A DNA stretch of 32,000 bases from Maledivibacter halophilus (GTDB lineage Bacteria > Bacillota > Clostridia > Peptostreptococcales > Caminicellaceae). Under the pieces are notes generated by a model. That model saw only the letters and a list, made by a program, of their open reading frames with translations, ran no database searches and was not told the origin of the DNA. Below are positions 27,707-32,000 of this stretch, piece by piece. Position numbers and translations under genes: made by a program. Location of the stretch: contig NZ_FUZT01000003.1 of assembly GCF_900167445.1 (NCBI RefSeq), positions 215,400 through 247,399 on the forward strand, read 5' to 3'. Numbering within the stretch: the first letter of the stretch is position 1; each line of letters starts with the position of its first letter.

Positions 27707-27824
27707 GAGGGAATTGCATAATACATGTAAAGAATTTTAAAATACAAAATGCAGTAGAGATAATTAGGTAAGTTATCTACATATTGTATTTTAAAATTAA
27801 TAATGTTAATTATGCAAGTTTCTC
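27707..27824. repeat. 118-nt imperfect foldback bounded by 16-nt inverted copies of the GAGrrAAyTTGCATAAT motif (MITE-like or structured leader)
   Basis: Left end GAGGGAATTGCATAAT (27707-27722). Right end ATTATGCAAGTTTCTC (27809-27824), matching 13/16 as a reverse complement. The core is a 15-bp perfect stem AATTTTAAAATACAA (27733-27747) with TTGTATTTTAAAATT (27784-27798), plus further imperfect pairing. Confidence 0.55.
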
Positions 27825-27846
27825 AATAAATTAGGGAGGTGCAGTT

Positions 27847-29619
27847 ATGAAGAGAAAACTGGCAATACTATTATCAATCTTTGTTTTCTTTAGCTTTCTA
27901 AATATAAATGTATATGCCACTGGCGATGAAAATGAAAATCAAAAGCCAATAACAGTTAAATTAAATGGAGAAGCCCTGGATTTTGATACCGAACCAGTAA
28001 TTATTAACGATAGGACCATGCTTCCAATGAGAGCCATATTTGAAGAGCTGGGTGCACAAGTTAACTGGCACAAAGAAATAAAAACAGTTACTGGCTATAG
28101 AAGATATAAGGACATCTCAGACATGTTTATCAAGCTTAAAATAGGAGACAATACCGCCTATAGAAATGGAAAGGCCTTTACTCTGGCTTCTCCACCAGTT
28201 ATAAAAAATGATAGAACCCTAGTGCCAGTAAGATTTATTGCTGAAAGTTTTGGAGTTGATGTTGACTGGGATAGCAAAAACAGAACTGTATTATTGAATT
28301 ATGATACTGATCAAGTTAACTCTCCAGAATTAATTGACGATATCTCTTATGTAACTAAATACTTTGATTCTGGCGTTAACATTATGATCCCTGAGTACTG
28401 GAATAGAGGTTCTGATTCTAATAAATTTGGATACAGGGACGAAAATAATAGTATACAAATGGCTGTAGATATAGTTGAATTTAAAGAATCTAAAACATTA
28501 GACCAGTTCACCGAAGAAAGCAAGGCTTCTATACTTAATAATTTTAAAGATAAGGTTATATTCACTGGAAACAACAAAATTAATATAAACAATATTAATG
28601 TAAATGTTGTCTATTTGAAAAATTCCTCTACTACACCGGAAGTAAATCAGGTAATATACTATTTTACCCATTCAGAATATGGATATAAAATAACTTTTTC
28701 ATATTATTCTGAAGCCAATGACAGTCAGTTTTTAAATATAATCTCAAATATTATGAACACCATTGAAATTAGTGGCTTAACAATTAGCACAAAGGACGAA
28801 CACTATATAGAATATGATCCTTTCTTTAATTATGAAATAGATTTAGACTCTGAAATTTACTCAAGTATGGAAGTAGAAGGTGAATTTGATTTTAAAGGAA
28901 CATTAAATAATAAAAATGATTTTAAATATTTTATCGTAACAATCTCAAGGGCAGCAGAAAAGGTCCAGCTAAAAGTACCTATTACCAATTATGAATTTAA
29001 CTCAAAAATCTACACTCCATTTAAATTAGGTAAACATAATGTAACTATTGAAATACCAAAATCTCAGGATAAAGTTATGCAATTTAGTGTTTTAAATACA
29101 AGCACCCAGGATATCAGGTATCTTATACCAAGCATATTAGTTGAGAAGGACGATAAAGAAATTATTGATTTAGCCAACGAAATTACTAAAAATATAGATA
29201 AGTATCTACCCGAATATGACAAGGCAAAGGCAATATTTAAGTGGATTTGTGAAAACATAGAATATGATTCAGAATCAATTAATAAAAGTCCAAGAAGTGC
29301 CAAAAAAGTCTTAGCTGATAATAAGGGAACTAATGAAGAATTATCTTATTTATATGCTGCATTGCTTAGAGCTTCTGGAATACCTACTAAAATAGTAAAG
29401 GGAACAAGGGTTGATGAGCAGCATGTATGGAACGAAATAGAAATTAACGGAAAATGGATTATAGCTGATGTTACCCTGGGAAGCAGCAGCGGTGATATCG
29501 CTGAAGATAATATTAGCGAAGATGAAACAGCTGATAAAAAAGCAGATATGAAATATTTCGATATTAAAAGAAGTGACTACGAAGAAAAATTCCCGGAAAC
29601 TGAAATACTGGAATATTAA
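27847..29619 (+). CDS. Secreted protein: signal peptide, copper-amine-oxidase N-terminal-like 'stalk' domain, central unknown region and a C-terminal transglutaminase-like domain lacking the catalytic Cys
   Basis: 590 aa. Signal peptide is MKRKLAILLSIFVFFSFLNINVYA. There are two repeats of (IINDRTMLPMRAIFEELGAQVNW / IKNDRTLVPVRFIAESFGVDVDW). The TGase-core-like segment is KGTNEELSYLYAALLRASGIPTKIV...HVWNEI...W.IADVT. GGGAGG SD 7 nt upstream. Confidence 0.85.
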   Translation: MKRKLAILLSIFVFFSFLNINVYATGDENENQKPITVKLNGEALDFDTEPVIINDRTMLPMRAIFEELGAQVNWHKEIKTVTGYRRYKDISDMFIKLKIGDNTAYRNGKAFTLASPPVIKNDRTLVPVRFIAESFGVDVDWDSKNRTVLLNYDTDQVNSPELIDDISYVTKYFDSGVNIMIPEYWNRGSDSNKFGYRDENNSIQMAVDIVEFKESKTLDQFTEESKASILNNFKDKVIFTGNNKININNINVNVVYLKNSSTTPEVNQVIYYFTHSEYGYKITFSYYSEANDSQFLNIISNIMNTIEISGLTISTKDEHYIEYDPFFNYEIDLDSEIYSSMEVEGEFDFKGTLNNKNDFKYFIVTISRAAEKVQLKVPITNYEFNSKIYTPFKLGKHNVTIEIPKSQDKVMQFSVLNTSTQDIRYLIPSILVEKDDKEIIDLANEITKNIDKYLPEYDKAKAIFKWICENIEYDSESINKSPRSAKKVLADNKGTNEELSYLYAALLRASGIPTKIVKGTRVDEQHVWNEIEINGKWIIADVTLGSSSGDIAEDNISEDETADKKADMKYFDIKRSDYEEKFPETEILEY

Positions 29620-29652
29620 AACTTTGAAATAAAAAATAATCCTTAAAAAAGC

Positions 29653-29696
29653 ATGACCATAATAATCAAAAATTATAAAGCGATTATTATGGTCAT
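29653..29696. terminator. Bidirectional rho-independent terminator between convergent genes
   Basis: ATGACCATAATAATC-(14 nt)-GATTATTATGGTCAT, a 15-bp perfect stem. An A-run lies upstream and ATTTTTTAT downstream. Confidence 0.8.
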
Positions 29697-29721
29697 ATTT
29701 TTATAAAAGAAAATATCAAGC

Positions 29722-30366
29722 TTATTTATTTAGCTTTTCCCAATCTTTATTGAATTTCTCTATTCCTTTATCAGTCAGTGGATGATTTAACATTTGTTTA
29801 AATACTTTGTATGGAATTGTTGCAATATCAGACCCCTGTAAAGCCGCTTCAGTTACATGCATTGGATGTCTAATGCTTGCTGCAATTATTTCTGTATCAA
29901 TCCCATGAATATCAAAAATCTGAGCCACTTCTCCAATAAGATTCATACCCGAATTACCTATATCATCCATTCTTCCTATAAATGGACTTACAAATGTGGC
30001 ACCAGCCCTAGCTGCAAGTAAAGCTTGGTTTGCCGAAAAGACTAATGTACAATTGGTTTTTATACCCTTTTCACTAAGAAGCTTTATTGCCTTTAGTCCT
30101 TCTTCAGTCATTGGTATCTTTATTACGATATTTTCATGGATACCTGCCAGAGCTTCTCCATCCCGAGCCATATCTTCTGCCTTTTCTGCAACTACCTCTG
30201 CACTTATAGGACCATCTACTATATTTACTATTTCATTTATTACTTCCTTTAAATCTCTTCCTTCTTTGGCTATCAAGGATGGATTTGTAGTAGCTCCAGC
30301 TAATACTCCCCACTTACTTATTTCCCTTATTTCATCAATATTAGCAGTATCAATAAAAAGCTTCAT
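29722..30366 (-). CDS. tal: Transaldolase / fructose-6-phosphate aldolase family (short subfamily 3B)
   Basis: 214 aa. [20 protein letters not shown], Schiff-base Lys context VIKIP, and TLVFS. Confidence 0.93.
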   Translation of the reverse strand: MKLFIDTANIDEIREISKWGVLAGATTNPSLIAKEGRDLKEVINEIVNIVDGPISAEVVAEKAEDMARDGEALAGIHENIVIKIPMTEEGLKAIKLLSEKGIKTNCTLVFSANQALLAARAGATFVSPFIGRMDDIGNSGMNLIGEVAQIFDIHGIDTEIIAASIRHPMHVTEAALQGSDIATIPYKVFKQMLNHPLTDKGIEKFNKDWEKLNK

Positions 30367-30381
30367 TCTATCACATCTCCC

Positions 30382-31197
30382 TTATTTCTTAATACCTAAT
30401 ATTTCCCTTGCTTCATCGGGAGTCGCTACTTCTCTTCCCATTTCTTTGGCGATTCTTACAACTCTTTCAACAAGCTCAGCATTTGACTTTGCCAATACTC
30501 CCTTGGAATAATATATATTATCTTCAAATCCCACCCTTACATTGCCTCCTAAAACTATAGCCATAGCAGCAAGGGGAGTCTCAGACCTACCTATACCTGC
30601 CACTGTCCATGTGGATTCTTCAGGTATACTTCTTACCATATGCATTAAATCCTCGGGAGTTCCAGGACAAGCACCGGGTACACCAAGAACAAAATCAAAA
30701 TGTAGTGGAAAATCTATAAAACCTTTTTTAGCCAGTCTTAAGGCATTGTTGATCATGCCCCTTTCAAAAACTTCTATTTCAGGCTTTACTCCAAGCTCTT
30801 TCATTCTTTTTGCAAACTTTTCCATATATTCCTGCGAATTCATAAATACATCGGGTCCAAAGTTACAGGTTCCACAGCTAAGTGTTGCCATCTCCGGAGC
30901 TAATTCAACAGGCTGTAATCTTTCATCAGCTGAATGCCATACAGCACCACCAGTTGAAGGCTGAACAATGATATTACACTTAGCCTCAATTTTTTCCTTT
31001 ATTTCCTTATAGACCTCATAGGCTTGAGTTGGGTTACCATCATCATCTCTTGCATGTACATGTACTATAGAAGCACCAGCTTTATAGCACTCATAGGCAG
31101 CCTCAGCAATCTCATCAGGAGTAGCAGGAAGATTTGGCTGCTGTTCTTTAGTAACCTCAGCACCAGTTAAAGCCGCAGTAATTATTAGTTTTTGCAT
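30382..31197 (-). CDS. kce: 3-keto-5-aminohexanoate cleavage enzyme (BKACE / DUF849 family)
   Basis: 271 aa from ATG at 31197, which has GGGGGT 8 nt upstream (the track start is 31215). Strong resemblance to characterised Kce: IITAALTGAE...QPNLP.TP.EIA, HVHARDDDG, PE.EV.E.GM, FVLGVPG, R.GFEDN.YY.KG..A.SNA.LV.R...IA.E.GR..ATP.EAREILG. Confidence 0.85.
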   Translation of the reverse strand: MQKLIITAALTGAEVTKEQQPNLPATPDEIAEAAYECYKAGASIVHVHARDDDGNPTQAYEVYKEIKEKIEAKCNIIVQPSTGGAVWHSADERLQPVELAPEMATLSCGTCNFGPDVFMNSQEYMEKFAKRMKELGVKPEIEVFERGMINNALRLAKKGFIDFPLHFDFVLGVPGACPGTPEDLMHMVRSIPEESTWTVAGIGRSETPLAAMAIVLGGNVRVGFEDNIYYSKGVLAKSNAELVERVVRIAKEMGREVATPDEAREILGIKK

Positions 31198-31294
31198 ATT
31201 AACATACCCCCACATTTATTCTAAACTCTCTAACATTCTGCTCAAGTTCTTAGGTCATCTCCAAAGGCTGACCACAAAACTCAGACCTTAAAAC

Positions 31295-31678
31295 TCACTT
31301 CCTCTGCTTATTTTTAGGCACCACACAAGTTCCTGATGCTCTGCATACTACAATGGGCTTCTCTAATACATCACATGCTGAATCGCTTAAATCTGGTCTT
31401 GGAATTATAACCTTCCTGGCTTCAAATTTCATTTTTCTTGAAGAATTTCCACATTTGATTATTTCACCTACTGCTTCAATATAATCTCCGGCATAAACAG
31501 GTGCAGTAAATTCCACACTATCATAGCCTGCAAATAGCCCTTCATCACCATCATTTCTGATTAACAATTCAGTTGCAACATCACCAAAGAGCTGAAGCAT
31601 CTTTGCACCATCAACTAAATTTCCACCATAATGAGCATCGTGCATACTCATCCTCATTCTTATCATTGCCTTTTCCAT
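31295..31678 (-). CDS. kal: 3-aminobutyryl-CoA ammonia-lyase (hotdog fold)
   Basis: 127 aa. [37 protein letters not shown]...[10 protein letters not shown] matches my recollection of Kal-family proteins. Sits directly upstream of kce. GGGGGT SD 8 nt upstream. Confidence 0.7.
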   Translation of the reverse strand: MEKAMIRMRMSMHDAHYGGNLVDGAKMLQLFGDVATELLIRNDGDEGLFAGYDSVEFTAPVYAGDYIEAVGEIIKCGNSSRKMKFEARKVIIPRPDLSDSACDVLEKPIVVCRASGTCVVPKNKQRK

Positions 31679-31711
31679 AGATTCATACCCCCAGAAATAT
31701 TTTTTTTGTTT

Positions 31712-32000
31712 TTATTTGCTTTTTATGATAATTATTTTATCAGCCACAAAATCAAATATTTCACTTTTATCTTCCCCATAAACAAATACTTCATCATCTT
31801 CATCAAGATCTCTAAATCTTCTATCTCTCCCACTTACAGTCATTATATCTGCATCATCTGCCAAAACTGTATAATGTTCTGTTCCATTATTTTCTACAAC
31901 CTTTATAGTTATTGCATCAAAATCTTTGTGTATTTTAGTTATTACACCGTTCATACTGTTACTGATTTCAACTTTTTCTGCTTCTATATCAGTTACTAAC
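31712..32000 (-). CDS. Hypothetical protein, C-terminal part only (reading frame stays open to the right window edge)
   Basis: The track calls 31712-31954 (80 aa). The frame upstream of that ATG has no stop up to nt 31997 (...LVTDIEAEKVEISNS-MNGV...). No SD precedes the ATG at 31954, so it is probably internal. No family recognised. Confidence 0.5.
   Translation of the reverse strand, partial: LVTDIEAEKVEISNSMNGVITKIHKDFDAITIKVVENNGTEHYTVLADDADIMTVSGRDRRFRDLDEDDEVFVYGEDKSEIFDFVADKIIIIKSK

Overview
Low-GC Firmicutes (Clostridia-like) chromosomal window. I support 30 protein-coding genes, 29 of them on the minus strand. I found no rRNA, tRNA, CRISPR array, transposase or integrase. The backbone is the housekeeping neighbourhood conserved in Firmicutes. 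In + coordinates it runs: F1Fo ATP synthase operon (atpZ-atpI-atpB-c1-c-atpF-atpH-atpA, atpA truncated at the left edge), wecB/mnaA, tagO, dCMP deaminase, upp, rpiB, ywlE-type phosphatase, sua5/tsaC, then prfA, prmC, DUF1385, tdk, rpmE, rho, glpX, tal. Non-backbone content is a ZIP metal transporter, a CPA2 cation/proton antiporter, a 2004-aa SLH-anchored surface protein (11.5-20 kb), a secreted stalk-domain plus transglutaminase-like protein (the only + strand gene), and kal-kce lysine-fermentation genes at the right edge. I do not see a clear new multi-gene system such as a defence island. The most unusual items are as follows. (1) An ATP synthase operon encodes a fused double-hairpin c subunit with Glu->Gln in its second hairpin, next to a normal c subunit carrying a Na+-type binding signature. 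This is the F/V-hybrid rotor arrangement known from Acetobacterium woodii. (2) Two ORF-free AT-rich gaps (844 nt and 1033 nt) share a roughly 130-160 nt dispersed repeat, a recurring 16-nt motif and a 118-nt foldback. (3) Two related GC-rich palindromic elements bracket the antiporter plus giant-SLH block. Several ORF-track starts look too long and were trimmed to the start codon that has a proper Shine-Dalgarno (SD) sequence. All coordinates for RNA structures, promoters and repeats come from reading the sequence by eye and need computational confirmation.
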